A stretch of DNA of 64,000 nucleotides from assembly GCA_963733675.1 (NCBI GenBank), contig CAVTET010000001.1:1098446-1162445 (forward strand). The letters run 5' to 3'. Source of the DNA: an uncultured Methanosarcinaceae archaeon (GTDB taxonomy: Archaea > Halobacteriota > Methanosarcinia > Methanosarcinales > Methanosarcinaceae). Numbering within the stretch: position 1 is the stretch's first letter; every line of letters starts with the position of its first letter. Position numbers and translations under genes: made by a program. Shown here one piece after another: positions 1 through 11,729 of this stretch. Under the pieces are notes generated by a model. That model was not told where the DNA came from. It worked only from the letters and a program-made list of their open reading frames with translations, and did not search any database.

Positions 1-1
1 T

Positions 2-388
2 ATTCCCAAATTTATCTACCTTGCTCTCCATAATAAACCATACACTGTTTTTAAAGGCCATAAAAGAATAATTGACTTTGTTGAAGATTCCTGTCACACC
101 TGGGCAAATATTGTTGACAACTTTATCCCCGGAGAGGTCTACAATGTAGCTGGAAGACCTGAATGGGAAAAAGATATTAAAGAATATTCAGATCTGGTGT
201 TGAAATTCGTAGGCGTGGACGATTCACTAGTTACTTATGAAGACGCAGAAGCTTTTACAACAAAAGTAAAAACAATTGATTGTTCAAAAGCAAGTAAAGA
301 CCTCAAACATAATCCAAAAGTATCTCCAGAAGTTGGAATATGTAGGACAGTAGATTGGATGAAAAAACACTATCTTGTGGGTGAATAA
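2..388 (+). CDS. NAD-dependent epimerase/dehydratase, 5'-truncated by window edge
   Basis: Frame open from base 2 (IPKFIYLALHNKPYTVFKGHKRIIDFVED...GEVYNVAG...) into ORF 197..388; extended-SDR C-terminal pattern. Confidence 0.8.
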   Translation: MPKFIYLALHNKPYTVFKGHKRIIDFVEDSCHTWANIVDNFIPGEVYNVAGRPEWEKDIKEYSDLVLKFVGVDDSLVTYEDAEAFTTKVKTIDCSKASKDLKHNPKVSPEVGICRTVDWMKKHYLVGE

Positions 389-1388
389 ATTGAGAGATTA
401 TACAAGTGACTATGAAGGAAAAAATATACTAGTTACTGGAGGAGCTGGTGCAATTGGTGGGAATCTCTGCCGTAAACTCTCTGAGATGAATGCACAAAAA
501 GTTATCATATTAGATGATCTCTCATCTTCTTATAATTGGAATATACCAAAGGCAGATAATATTGTTTTTGTTAAAGGGAGTATTTTGAATGATGAAATGC
601 TCAAGCGTGTCTTCAAGGAAAAGCCTGATTATGTTTTCCATCTAGCTGCTCATTTTGCAAACCAGAATTCAGTTGATAATCCTGAAAAGGATCTAATGAT
701 CAATGGTATAGGGATTCTCAAAGTTCTCCAGTACGCTCAACTTGTCGAATTAAAGCGTTTTGTTTATTCTTCATCAGGATGTGGAGTATATGGGCTTGAT
801 TCTAAAATGCCATTTGAAGAACATGATATTTCAATCAATCTTCACACACCTTACCAGGTAACTAAACTTCTTGGTGAACTTTATACCAATTACTTCCATA
901 ATCTTTATAATATGCCCATTGCAAATGCCCGTTTCTTCAACTCCTATGGACCAGGAGAGGTCCCTGGAAAATATCGAAATGTAATCCCCAATTTTTTCTA
1001 TTGGGCGATGAAAGGAATTCCACTTCCAATTACTGGTAAAGGCACGGAAACAAGAGATTGGACCTATGTGGGTGATATTGTCAATGGTATGGTTGCTATG
1101 GGTGTAGAAGAAAACGCTATTGGAGAAGCATTTAATCTAGGGTCAGGTACTGATCACCAGGTAATTGAAATGGCAACTATTGTCAACAAGTTGACGAATA
1201 ATGAAGCTGCGGTCACTTTCAAAGAACGCAGAGATTGGGATGTAAAAACGAAGCTTCTTTCCTGTGTGGATAAAGCAAATAGAGTACTCGGCTACACACC
1301 TCAGATGAAATTTGAAGATGGTTTAAAGAATGTCCACTCCTGGTTTGAAGAAAACTGGATAAATATTGATAAGAGTGCCGAATTCTGA
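375..1388 (+). CDS. NAD-dependent epimerase/dehydratase (nucleotide-sugar epimerase)
   Basis: TGGAGAIG Rossmann motif, YQVTK (YxxxK), FFNSYGPG, RDWTYV. Confidence 0.9.
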   Translation: MWVNKLRDYTSDYEGKNILVTGGAGAIGGNLCRKLSEMNAQKVIILDDLSSSYNWNIPKADNIVFVKGSILNDEMLKRVFKEKPDYVFHLAAHFANQNSVDNPEKDLMINGIGILKVLQYAQLVELKRFVYSSSGCGVYGLDSKMPFEEHDISINLHTPYQVTKLLGELYTNYFHNLYNMPIANARFFNSYGPGEVPGKYRNVIPNFFYWAMKGIPLPITGKGTETRDWTYVGDIVNGMVAMGVEENAIGEAFNLGSGTDHQVIEMATIVNKLTNNEAAVTFKERRDWDVKTKLLSCVDKANRVLGYTPQMKFEDGLKNVHSWFEENWINIDKSAEF

Positions 1389-1399
1389 TGTGATGTTTA

Positions 1400-2611
1400 A
1401 TGAAAATATTACTACTGCAAGAAACAGATTGGATTAAAAGAGGGCCTCATCAACAGCATCATCTAATGGATAGAATGGCTTTGAGGGGTCATCAAATAAG
1501 AGTAATTGACTACGAGTATCTGTGGAAAGAGGATAATAAAGATAGAAAAATATTCACTGGTCGGCAGGAAATCAAAGGAGTTTATAAGATATTCAAGGAA
1601 GCCGACATCACTCTCATCAGGCCAGGGATGATTAAACTACCTATACTTGATATGGCATCTATCCTCTATTTTCATGAAAGAGAAATTAAGAGACAAATTC
1701 TGGAGTTTAAACCGGAAGTCATAATTTCATTTGGTATTCTTAATGCATATCTTGGTATGAAACAAGCTAAAAAACACCACATTCCTTTTGTGTATTACCT
1801 CATAGATCATCTGCATACACTACTTCCAAACAAACTTAAAAAGAAGACTGCAAAACAATTTGAAAAGCAGACAATTAGAGGCTCAGATAGGATATTTGTC
1901 ATTAATCAAGGATTAAAAGACTATGCTGTGGAAATGGACGGAGACGTTAATAAGATCTCAGTAATACCTGCAGGCGTAGATTTTGCGAAATTCAATCCGC
2001 AAACTGACGGTTCATCAATCAGAGAAAAATATGGAATTAAAAAAAATGACATCCTGTTATTCTTTATGGGGTGGATATATGATTTCTCTGGGATGAAAGA
2101 GGTCGCAGAAAGTCTTTCTAACTTTGACAACGAAAGCATTAAATTAATGATAGTTGGAGAAGGGGATCTATACAAACTTTTAAGCAAAATGAAATCTGAA
2201 AACAATCTTAATGAAAAATTGATACTAACAGGAAAAATTCCATTTGAAGAAGTTCCAAAACATATCGCTTCTGCTGATATATGCCTTTTGCCAGCTTATA
2301 AAAACGAAATTATGATGAATATAGTCCCGATTAAAATATACGAATATATGGCCATGGGAAAACCTGTAATAGCCACAAATCTTCCTGGGCTAAAAAAGGA
2401 ATTTGGTAATAACAATGGGATTATATATATCGAAAATCCTGAGCAGACTTTGGAAAAAGCAATTTATCTTTATGAGAATTATATGATACAGTCGGAAGGT
2501 ATTAAAGCTAGTTTGTACTCGCGAGATCAAGATTGGAATAAAATAACGAACAAATTTGAAAGTATATTAAAAAATTTTCCAAAAAAAAATGTATCAACGA
2601 TTGGCTATTAA
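1400..2611 (+). CDS. Glycosyltransferase family 4
   Basis: PIKIYEYMAMGKPVIAT GT-B signature; operonic with the epimerases. Confidence 0.9.
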   Translation: MKILLLQETDWIKRGPHQQHHLMDRMALRGHQIRVIDYEYLWKEDNKDRKIFTGRQEIKGVYKIFKEADITLIRPGMIKLPILDMASILYFHEREIKRQILEFKPEVIISFGILNAYLGMKQAKKHHIPFVYYLIDHLHTLLPNKLKKKTAKQFEKQTIRGSDRIFVINQGLKDYAVEMDGDVNKISVIPAGVDFAKFNPQTDGSSIREKYGIKKNDILLFFMGWIYDFSGMKEVAESLSNFDNESIKLMIVGEGDLYKLLSKMKSENNLNEKLILTGKIPFEEVPKHIASADICLLPAYKNEIMMNIVPIKIYEYMAMGKPVIATNLPGLKKEFGNNNGIIYIENPEQTLEKAIYLYENYMIQSEGIKASLYSRDQDWNKITNKFESILKNFPKKNVSTIGY

Positions 2612-2709
2612 ACGGATGAAAAAAAGAAGATCAGAATTTGTGAGCTAAATAAATGAGTGTACATTAGTTGTAAATCATCAGTTGATAAATTGTAAATCTA
2701 AGTAATTTT

Positions 2710-3550
2710 GGTTCCGTTGCAAAAAATCCTTTCTAATGATACAATAGAATAAAAAGAAAACCAAAGATAGTAACATGCTATCTAATTCCTTTAAATGGAA
2801 GCATTATGAAGGGGAAATTATCTTATTGAATTTAAGATGGTACTTAAAATATGCATTAAGTTATAGAAATTTAAAGGAAATGATGGCAGAAAGGGGAGTA
2901 AAAGTCGACCATACAACAATCATGAGATGGGTACATCAATATTCCCCTGAAATAGAAAAGAAGATAAGAAGACATTTAAGACCAACAAATGATTCGTGGA
3001 GAGTTGATGAAACCTATATCAAAGTAAAAGGTAAATGGAAATATTTTTACCGAGCAGTTGACTCGGATGGAGGCACAATCGATTTCATGTTAAGTTCAAA
3101 ACGAGATAGAAAGGCAGCGAAGAGATTCTTTAAGAAAGCTTTAAGTTCTAATCATAATCAAATTCCAAGATTAATAACCGTTGATAAGAATCCAGCTTAT
3201 CCACCTGCTATAGATGAACTGAAAAATGAGAAGAACTTGTTTAAAAAAGCTCAAGTATTTGAATAACATTATAGAACAAGATCACAGATCTATAAAGAGA
3301 ATCGTTAATCCAATGTTAGGATTTCAGTCTTTTCGATCTGCTAATAAGACTTTAAAAGGAATTGAAGCTATAAATATGATCAAAAAAGGACAAGTAATCG
3401 ATCTAAATTACTCTGTTCTTAATGAAGTCAAATACATTAATCAATTATTTGGTATAATTTTATAATGTTAGTACATTTTCCTTGAATGTTTTGATTTTTA
3501 TTAATCACTTATAGATTTACATATTTTGTTGAAGTTTTTGCAACGGAACC
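2710..3550 (+). mobile_element. IS6-family element copy A (841 bp), frameshifted transposase
   Basis: TIRs GGTTCCGTTGCAAAAA / TTTTTGCAACGGAACC; ORFs 2775..3266 + 3226..3465 (WRVDETY, NNIIEQDHR); 14 bp shorter than intact 855-bp copies. Confidence 0.95.
2775..3465 (+). pseudogene. IS6 transposase, frameshifted
   Basis: Split near 3230-3255 relative to intact 234-aa copy 29032..29736. Confidence 0.9.
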
Positions 3551-4181
3551 CATTACCGTGAGACCCTAGGAGTAAGATGAACAGACAGTGAAGATTCTTT
3601 GTTCTGGGAAGATCTTTTTGATAATATGAAAGAAAGAGGTTTAAGAGGTGCCAGCTTAATTGTTTTTGATGGACACAAAGGGATACAGAAAGTAGTCAAA
3701 TAATTATTTCTTGGATCAAGCTGGCAGATGGGTCACATACATCTGATAAGATAGGTTCTCAAGAAGGTGCCAAAAAAGAAACAAATAAAGTGGTTGAGAG
3801 GTTAAAAGAAGATTGAAGGGCCATCAGAAACGGTATTAGCTGGTTGTGGAACCTGATAGTATGGGATGTAAAAGTGCAGTTAATACGCTTGAAAGCTTCC
3901 AGTACGATATAATTAACTACATGCAGTTTCCAGAGAATCACTGGTAAAAAATAAGAATAATAAATATGAGGGAAAGGACTAACAAGGAATTTAAAACAAG
4001 AAGCAAAATGTTGAGGGCATTCCCTAACCAGGAATCAATATTGAGATGAAGAGGCTCAATACTACTCTATATAGGAGAAGGCTGGATAATATGAAACAAG
4101 GGTTTAATAGTAATGGAGCAGTAATCAAAAAAGAAGAATAAAGGGCATTGCACATATTTTACAGAAAATTATACAAGCCCC
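3551..4181 (+). mobile_element. IS256-family transposase relic (3' half)
   Basis: Broken translation DLFDNMKERGLRGASLIVFDGHKGIQKV...ERTNKEFKTRSKMLRAFPNQESILR; begins at IS6 right TIR. Confidence 0.75.
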
Positions 4182-4285
4182 CTCTATAATCAAGAGAGAA
4201 TTTCGATAAACCTCTAAATTTCTTCATATGCTTATAAAAGAGATCTAAATGATTATTGTAAATCAGAAATTTATCTAAATACCCA

Positions 4286-5728
4286 CTAATATGTTCTTGC
4301 TACATACACAAGAGTTTTGGTTTCTTCCTTGCAGACAGGACATTTTTCTGTCCAGTCCTTTCTCTGCTCCAAAGGAATCCCAAGGATACCTGCATTTATC
4401 TGGTCTTCCATAATAAGTCCACATTCTTTCTTACCACACCATGGAATTGTTGCAATGCCTGTTTGGATTTTATCCTTTACTTCTTCAAAATTAGTACAAT
4501 CAAAGATACGGTTTAAGAGCCCCGTTTTCGCTTTATTATAAAGGTTTTTGTGGATTGATTTAAATCTTAATATCACATCAGCTTCAATATCAGGAAGCGA
4601 GATATGTTCTTTATTCCCTGTGTCTCTCCTTACAGCCACAGCAACATTATTTTCCAGATCTCTAGGTCCGATTTCAAGCCTTAAGGGTACGCCTTTCATT
4701 TCCCATTTATAATACTTCGCCCCGGGACGAAGGTCACTTGCATCGATTTCAACTCTCACCCCTATTTTCTTCAGGCGTTTTTGAACATCTTTGCAAGCTG
4801 CAAGCACATACTCTGCTCCTTTCTTGAAGATAATTGGAATAATTACAACCTGTATGGGTGCGATCTCCGGAGGCAAAACAAGCCCTTTATCATCTCCATG
4901 GATGGAAATAATAGCTGCAATAGATCTTTCTGAAATCCCATAACAAGTCTGGTAGGCATAGCACTGCTCCCCATCAGAAGCTTCGTATTTAATATTAAAT
5001 GTTTTTGCAAAATTGTCACCCAGATGATGGACTGTACCTATCTGAAGAGTCTTTCCATCAGGCATAATTGCATCTAGAGCATCGGTGTAGTCTGCACCTG
5101 GGAATTTATCCCAATCAGGTCTTCTTGAGCGGAGAACAGGAACTCCAAGCCTACGGTAGATTTCGGTATAAAGCTCAATCGCTTCCCTAACCTGCACCTC
5201 TGCATCTTCCCAGGTTGCATGCACTGTGTGAGCTTCTTTGAAGGAAGTAATCTCTCTTAGTCTGATCAAGGGTCGAGTGTGTTTTGTTTCATAACGGAAA
5301 GTATTCACTACCTGATAAAGTTTGAGAGGTAAATCCGCATGGGACCTGATCCATATTTTGTACATTGGATAAATGGCAGTCTCACTGGTTGGACGAAGAA
5401 CCAGAGGTATTTCAAGAAGGTCTTTTCCACCGTGAGTTACCCAGTATACCTCATCCTCAAAGCCTTTGATATGCTCAGCTTCTTTCATGAACTCGTTTTC
5501 AGGAATAAGCAATGGAAAGAGAGTTTCCTGGTGTCCGCTGTTGTCGAGGATTTCCCTGATTATGTTATAGGTATTCCTCCGGATGGCAAAGCCGAAAGGA
5601 TACCAGACATATAGCCCTTTTACAGGATAGCGGACGTCCATTATTTCGGCCATCCAAAGGAGTTCATTATACCAATCGCTGAATTTTTCTTTTGGAGGGA
5701 GTGCTGCTTCTTTTTCGCTTTCTGCCAT
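4286..5728 (-). CDS. proS: Proline--tRNA ligase (archaeal/eukaryotic type)
   Basis: [31 protein letters not shown], anticodon-binding domain, C-terminal ARTY. Confidence 0.97.
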   Translation of the reverse strand: MAESEKEAALPPKEKFSDWYNELLWMAEIMDVRYPVKGLYVWYPFGFAIRRNTYNIIREILDNSGHQETLFPLLIPENEFMKEAEHIKGFEDEVYWVTHGGKDLLEIPLVLRPTSETAIYPMYKIWIRSHADLPLKLYQVVNTFRYETKHTRPLIRLREITSFKEAHTVHATWEDAEVQVREAIELYTEIYRRLGVPVLRSRRPDWDKFPGADYTDALDAIMPDGKTLQIGTVHHLGDNFAKTFNIKYEASDGEQCYAYQTCYGISERSIAAIISIHGDDKGLVLPPEIAPIQVVIIPIIFKKGAEYVLAACKDVQKRLKKIGVRVEIDASDLRPGAKYYKWEMKGVPLRLEIGPRDLENNVAVAVRRDTGNKEHISLPDIEADVILRFKSIHKNLYNKAKTGLLNRIFDCTNFEEVKDKIQTGIATIPWCGKKECGLIMEDQINAGILGIPLEQRKDWTEKCPVCKEETKTLVYVARTY

Positions 5729-6087
5729 ACCATCACCGTATTATCACAATATAAATTAATTATTTAGTTCATCAAATTCAGGCATTTTCGAGTTCCAGTA
5801 CCATGCCTAATATCAAATACCATGTTTTGATGGGATGTACAGGCTTTTGTGCTGACTGAAAAGCTCTACTCCATATAGGTTAAAGTACCATATGAAGCCC
5901 TGCAAATTATCTAAAACTCTACAAAAGGGTATTCAAGCTGTCATATTTTGAGACTCATAATATCTAAACAGAAAAACGCTGAATAGCCCGCAGTGTTTGT
6001 TCCTTTATTTGAATAAAAATTTGTAACTATATGTGAACTAATTATTCTGAATATTTACTTGCCAGCCTACAAATCGGAAACGAAGAA

Positions 6088-6732
6088 TTAATTCCCTTCT
6101 AGGGGCTGGATATTTTCTAAAGCTTTATGCGTAAATTCGGATTTTTCAATATCGAAAACTATCATACCGCTATTTAGCTTTTCAGCTTCCTCTTTAGAGA
6201 GCTTGGTAATGGTAGCCTTTTTTGAAATTATTGCGCTATTTCCGAAAGGATCTTCGATGATAACTAAAATTTTTTTCTTGCCTGCTATAACTTCTTCGAG
6301 CATACGCAAGAGTTCCTGGCTTCGGGAAAATTTATCTTCTTCTTCCTGTACCCACCTACTTGCAGTCATTAGTACATTTCTGACGCGATGAAGTACACCT
6401 TCGATATTCGTTATGTAAGACTCTGAAGCTATCCCAGGCTCGATAGTGACCCCCATTTCAGGTATGCGAATTGTTCCTGATGTTGAACGGATAACCCTTG
6501 CATCCAGGTCTTCTTGAGTTTCAACTGATATTTCATATCGTATGGGTTCTTTGCTGGAGAGGCTCAGAGTATCTGCAAAACGAAAACTGCATTGGCATTT
6601 TGCACTAATGTACATGATCTCCCCAAAATAGGGGATATTGTCTTTCTGCCAGTTTATCACAAGATCGTCATGACATAGCGGACAGGAGATTCTTGTCTCA
6701 ATATTTTCATCCTGATAAAAATTATGATTCAA
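6088..6732 (-). CDS. ZPR1 zinc-finger domain protein
   Basis: CPLC...IPYFGEI...CQC, IRIPEMG, YITNIEGVL, EDPFGNS. Confidence 0.9.
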   Translation of the reverse strand: MNHNFYQDENIETRISCPLCHDDLVINWQKDNIPYFGEIMYISAKCQCSFRFADTLSLSSKEPIRYEISVETQEDLDARVIRSTSGTIRIPEMGVTIEPGIASESYITNIEGVLHRVRNVLMTASRWVQEEEDKFSRSQELLRMLEEVIAGKKKILVIIEDPFGNSAIISKKATITKLSKEEAEKLNSGMIVFDIEKSEFTHKALENIQPLEGN

Positions 6733-7109
6733 TATTTCCCACCAATTATTTTGGATCTATCGATTTTTATACCTGAGGGAGTTACAATCACAGTATTTCC
6801 TTTAAAACCTGCAATATCTCCACGGACATCGACGATTACATCTTTCAGCTCTTTCAAAACCCTGTCCCTCATCAGGTCATCGCCCCTGATGTTTGAGATA
6901 TCTATCATCAGGATATTTCCATTGTAGATCTCCTGCTTGAGTAGGGACATCTGGTTGATATTTGAGACTTCCGCGATCTTAACATAAGTCTCTGCAGGCT
7001 CTTCCTCGAGAACCTCCTCATATTTACTTAGATCGATTTCGGTGTAGTCGTCGGCACTAGTTGTATTTCTTACATTGCTGCCAAGGATTTTGTCTATGAA
7101 TTTTGCCAT
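6729..7109 (-). CDS. sepF: Cell division protein SepF
   Basis: EIYNGNILMIDIS...GDIAG...VIVTPSGIKIDR; overlaps ZPR1 start. Confidence 0.88.
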   Translation of the reverse strand: MAKFIDKILGSNVRNTTSADDYTEIDLSKYEEVLEEEPAETYVKIAEVSNINQMSLLKQEIYNGNILMIDISNIRGDDLMRDRVLKELKDVIVDVRGDIAGFKGNTVIVTPSGIKIDRSKIIGGKY

Positions 7110-7285
7110 TTATGCACACCTTTTGTATTTTTTTATATTTGAATAATAATTGTCCTATATTGAAATCTATATTAATTAATTTTTGCTATTAAGGCTAACC
7201 TTGATTTTAGTCTCTGTTTCAAGGAATTACCCGCCTATTCATGTAGGTTTTTTTTAGTAAGAATCTACATGCTTCAATAGCAGCT

Positions 7286-7771
7286 TCAGAGTTCCATGCT
7301 CCATAGTTTATCTCCTACATGGGTTATTGACTTTATAGCTTTACCTGAATTGGTCTCAACCATCTGTAGCCCCGTCATGAGAGCTTTCCCAATTGCAAGA
7401 GGCTTTCTATGAACCTCTTCCACGACGATTACGAGATTTCCGTCTTCTATTTCGGAATCAGCCTCCACGACTCCAGGAGCCATGATATCTGCCCCATCTG
7501 AAACGAAGCTAATGGCTCCTTTATCCACAGTTACAATGCGCTTTTTGAATTCAATCTCAAGAGCTCCGCGGACGGTAGGAAAAAGCTGTCCTTCTATTTC
7601 AAAAAGTAGAGGCTTGCCATCCACAAGGATAAGGGAATAATCCTCCAGGATGATTTTTTCCAGGACTTTATTTTCCAGCCCTGCCATCGTTTCACCGAAG
7701 ATAGACACAAGGTACTTTAACATCTTGTTCTTCGTATTTTTCCTCAGCTGAACTCTCGACTTTACTTTCAA
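7286..7771 (-). CDS. PUA-domain RNA-binding protein
   Basis: FPTVRG, VDKGAISFVSDGADIMAPGVV, HVGDKLW. Confidence 0.9.
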   Translation of the reverse strand: MKVKSRVQLRKNTKNKMLKYLVSIFGETMAGLENKVLEKIILEDYSLILVDGKPLLFEIEGQLFPTVRGALEIEFKKRIVTVDKGAISFVSDGADIMAPGVVEADSEIEDGNLVIVVEEVHRKPLAIGKALMTGLQMVETNSGKAIKSITHVGDKLWSMEL

Positions 7772-8099
7772 TCAATCACCTGATTTCAAAAATCTCATGC
7801 ACTATTTATAGCATAGGGTTCTTGTGCCTTTTAAAGCTTATGTGATTCCTAAAGATTGATGAAACCAGATTTTTCATATTTTATTTCGGATTTTCCCTTC
7901 AACATTACAAAGAGCATTTTGAGAAGCATCAGAACATCTTCTAAAAATATGGGTTCATAGCATAAGGGTTCTAGAAAGAAACTAACAAAAAAAGATGCAT
8001 CCTGAGAACTGAATAAATTCCTGTATTCAAAGTCCTATTGCTAAGTCGCTGGAACTCATCTTAGACAGTACAGTAATCAACCCTAAATGATATTAATCC

Positions 8100-8616
8100 A
8101 CTCTTAGATGAGGTAGAAAGCCACGAATGAGCTTCTTGAAAACTTCAAGATAAGTCGACACAGCCAAAAAGGTAGTATTAGGATGGGAAATTAGTCAAAA
8201 AACATATCAAAAAAATCAAACATACATCATACATAATACTCTGATAAGACAATCAAATAGGATCAGAAAATCTCAATGTTATGTGATTGATAAAGAATAT
8301 GATTTAAAAAAATCCATTACCTAATTAGAGAAGAAATAAGTGTAGACTCAATCATATCTGTAAGAAAAAGACAGAGAATGGTAATTTTGGGAAAATACAG
8401 AAGGCAGCTGCACTTAATCTTTGATAAAATAAAATACGATCAAAAAAACATAGTGAGACAACGTTCTCTGTTGCCAAAAAGAAACTTGGAGAAGTACTTC
8501 GGGCAAGAAAATTTCATAATCAAGTAAAATGAGTAAAACTTAAACTGAGAGTCTGTTATATAAATAAAAAGATTGTAGAAATAATTTGTATTAAATTAAG
8601 GATCTCTATAAAACCG
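8100..8616 (+). mobile_element. IS5-family transposase relic
   Basis: Fragments FLKTS..VDTAKKVVLGWEISQKT, YVIDKEYD, ETTFSVAKKKLGEVLRARKFHNQVK; many stops/frameshifts. Confidence 0.65.
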
Positions 8617-9205
8617 TTTTTCCTCCATTATTGAGATTATTTCACAATTAAAAAAGAATCTATTCATTTTTAAGGTTTCCACTTTTACTTCAATTCTTTC
8701 AATCCTTTCAAATATGTATTTATGAAGGTCTAATTATTTTTTGCTTAACCCAGTTATATTAGTAAAATCAAATTTCGCATAGAGCTTAAATATATAAGTG
8801 CAGAACGAGTTTCCCCAAAAAGGTGCATTCTTCGATTTTAAACCACTAATAAATGAAGTGGCTATGGTTCCATAAATGGGATATCACGGAAATCAAAAAC
8901 AATGTTTCAATTTTTATTGAGATCCATCATATCCAAAGCTCCACCTTTTATATTCCAAATGAAGAAAAACTTTGTTTCAAATTGAAGCTAATAGTAAGGA
9001 AAAGTTATTAATAAAGGATGCTACATGATTCAGGAGATACATACAGCAAACTGGATGTATCTACCTGTACCAGAAGTTGGGTCATTTATCACTCCATGAT
9101 CAACAACCCCATTAACTCCAATAGGTTTTTTGAATTTATTATGATTTGTAAAAATTGTCTCGGAAATTACGAAATAAGGTATTGATTAAAAAGATGGGTA
9201 GATAT

Positions 9206-9245
9206 ATCAATAGTTAAGTAGAAGAATCAATAGTTAAGTAGAAGA
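9206..9245. repeat. Perfect 20-bp tandem duplication ATCAATAGTTAAGTAGAAGA x2
   Basis: Read directly. Confidence 0.9.
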
Positions 9246-9323
9246 GTGTGAGCGGGTTGGGGAGTGGGGGGTCATATGGGGAGTGGGGGGTATGGTATGT
9301 GAAAAAAGTTTTCCGCTCACATC
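9246..9323 (-). ncRNA. Candidate small RNA: terminal stem with two CCCCCCACUCCCC motifs
   Basis: TGTGAGCGG 9247-9255 pairs with CCGCTCACA 9313-9321; GC island in AT-rich IGR; minus-strand TTTATATA at 9350-9357. Confidence 0.45.
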
Positions 9324-9349
9324 TTACAATTACTCTTATTAAAATTAAT

Positions 9350-9357
9350 TATATAAA
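9350..9357 (-). promoter_or_regulatory. Putative TATA box for the candidate sRNA
   Basis: TTTATATA on minus strand ~26 nt upstream of the hairpin 5' end. Confidence 0.4.
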
Positions 9358-9601
9358 TAGCTATGCATTCTGTTCCATCATAATATAATAGCCGAATAAT
9401 ATAATAGTTTTATGATACAAACCATACACCACATATTTAGATTTTCGAGTCCTTGTTTGATCCAATGATATGCTACATAAAAAGCCTGAAATTGCTAAAG
9501 AAGCCTTAAGTATTCACATGAAGCATTTTAAGTCATCCACCGCAAGTTTTCAAAATAACCATGACAAGAAAGTATTTACTTGAGAACTGGTTCTTAGTAC
9601 T

Positions 9602-10720
9602 ATGAACCCTGATAGGCTTTTGATTTATGGAGCAGCTTTTGCAATTATGGGACTTTCGAATGCTGTCATTCCCATCCTTCCGGAGCTTGCGAGCCTGGAC
9701 CATAGCGCTTCCGGAAAACTTACACCCAGCCTACTCTTTTCAGCCTACTTTTTTGGAGCCCTTGTTACAATGCTCCCTTTCGGGATTCTAGCTGATAGGT
9801 TCGGAAATTTGAGGTTTATAGGGTTTAGTATTATTCTAACAGCAATTTCAGGACTAACCATCCTATTTTCAGAAAAGCTCTGGATTATTTTAACCTCAAG
9901 GTTTATAGAAGGTTCTGCCTGCGGAGCTTTTTTCCCGGCTGCCTTTGCCACCCTCTCTAAATCTAAGGATCCAGGGCGTTATATCGGAGAATTCACTTTT
10001 CTTTTCAACGCAGGACTGGCCACAGGGGTTCTTTTTTCAGGTTTACTGGCGGATACTTACTTAAAAGGAGCAATCCTTTTTTTTACAGTTATCACTTTTC
10101 CTTTGATCTTATACCTTTTTCCAAGACACCGGAAATTGACTCATTCTCAGAACACAGAGGATTCGGGTTCATTATCTCGCTCCCCTGGAAGCCTTTTTAG
10201 AGAATCTTATAAAGGGATTATAAAACTACTTAGCTTCAACAATTCAAGGATCTGGCTCAGTTCTTTTCTTCTCAATGGAACTATAGGAGTCCTTATAGCT
10301 TATTATCCGGATTATAGCCTGGATACTATGACAAAAACTCAGCTCGGAAGTTCTATTGCCAGCCTCTACGTCTGCGCCATGGTTACATCTCTCCTTATCG
10401 GACGATTTAGGATCAAGGAAAAAAACATAATTCGGATTGGATTAACATTTTCTGCCCTTGGAGCCCTTGTTGTGATTAAATATCCTTTTCTCGGATTTTC
10501 AAGCCTGGGTGGAGGATCCGGAATTGCACTGGTAGGTTTTGCTCTGGCTGTTGCCAGAATGAATTCGGGGAGGGGGCTAGTAATGGGACTTTTTACTACA
10601 ACCATCTATGCCGGGCTTTCTTTTGCCCCTATTATTGCAGGGCTTTTTACAGGCTTTATGAGCTTTGAAAAAATATTCATAGCAAATGGTTGTATTCTGG
10701 CAGCAGCTCTTCTATTATAG
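9602..10720 (+). CDS. MFS transporter
   Basis: GILADRFG motif A, many hydrophobic segments. Confidence 0.9.
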   Translation: MNPDRLLIYGAAFAIMGLSNAVIPILPELASLDHSASGKLTPSLLFSAYFFGALVTMLPFGILADRFGNLRFIGFSIILTAISGLTILFSEKLWIILTSRFIEGSACGAFFPAAFATLSKSKDPGRYIGEFTFLFNAGLATGVLFSGLLADTYLKGAILFFTVITFPLILYLFPRHRKLTHSQNTEDSGSLSRSPGSLFRESYKGIIKLLSFNNSRIWLSSFLLNGTIGVLIAYYPDYSLDTMTKTQLGSSIASLYVCAMVTSLLIGRFRIKEKNIIRIGLTFSALGALVVIKYPFLGFSSLGGGSGIALVGFALAVARMNSGRGLVMGLFTTTIYAGLSFAPIIAGLFTGFMSFEKIFIANGCILAAALLL

Positions 10721-10762
10721 GATTGGAAAATTTCATTCCAGCAAAAACTTGAGTTAAGTTTG

Positions 10763-11380
10763 ACATGAAAGTGCATAAGGTTACCTACCTCACGTATCTC
10801 CTCAACTTCATTTTCCATAATTATGATTACTCAACCAATTATTATTATTGTTATTATTATACTTTCATCACCAAAAAGATCTCAGTATTAGCAATGTTAC
10901 TCTTTTGGGTTTATCCCTGTTTATACCCGGTTTCGTTTTTGTACAGCTCATCGTTTGTAATAATATCCATATTATTGTGGCAGTTTTCCTTCTCAGTGCA
11001 ATAATTTTTTTTCCATGTCAAATTGATTTCTTCTTCCGACTAAAAAACTCTCTTAACTTGCTATTTTTCGTTCTTGCTTCTGCCTTAGCAATCCGCGTTA
11101 GAATCCACCTTACAGCCCTTGATGCTTCCTTTTGGATTATGCCACTGAAAATTTATCCATATATAGTATACATTTGGAACAACTCCAAGCCATGAAGAGA
11201 ACTTATTTCCGGAAGAAAAATCCTTGAAATTAACAATTTCAACAACTAGGTATTACTGCACCAATTCCCCCAATAGACGGAACAGACATTCAAATTTCCA
11301 TCACACTCTCAGGCTTTCCAGAAACATACTTCCTTATTTTTTTCTAAGTTTTCTATTTAATTCGCAAGATATTTTAATAA
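10763..11380 (-). mobile_element. IS110-family transposase relic (C-terminal part)
   Basis: Broken translation ...RWILTRIAKAEARTKNSKLREFFSRKKKSI*HGKKIIALRRKTATII...NDELYKNETGYKQG. Confidence 0.7.
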
Positions 11381-11459
11381 ATACCTGAACTCTATTACAA
11401 TTGGGACTTTCACAGTAGAGAATCTGTAGATTGTTTCTCTCACTCAGTTAATATTAATG

Positions 11460-11590
11460 AGATTCCGATTGATCTCTATTTTTTCTTCAAGGGAACCATG
11501 TCCAAATTTTTCTCGCTGATTTCTGTATTTGATCCGCTTTTCCTGTTCTGGTTCATTATTCTTTGATTTTAAAGATAGCTTCGCTATCCT
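11460..11590. repeat. Dispersed IS-derived repeat, similar to 43830..43965
   Basis: Shared TTCTGGTTCATTAT(T/C)CTTTGATTTTAAAGATA and flanks. Confidence 0.55.
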
Positions 11591-11729
11591 TTTGACATTC
11601 TGTAGATGTACACATATATAAAATTCGTTTCCCTATTTACCATTATTGCTCATTGAAAGTTAGATTAATTTTTAAGCTACTGTAATATCGAGAAAATAGA
11701 TTGCATCCTTGTGTACATCCGTGGAAATG

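Noticed and set aside
10606-11195. Small ORFs 10606, 10765, 10848
   Set aside because: Overlap the MFS end or lie antisense to the IS110 relic.
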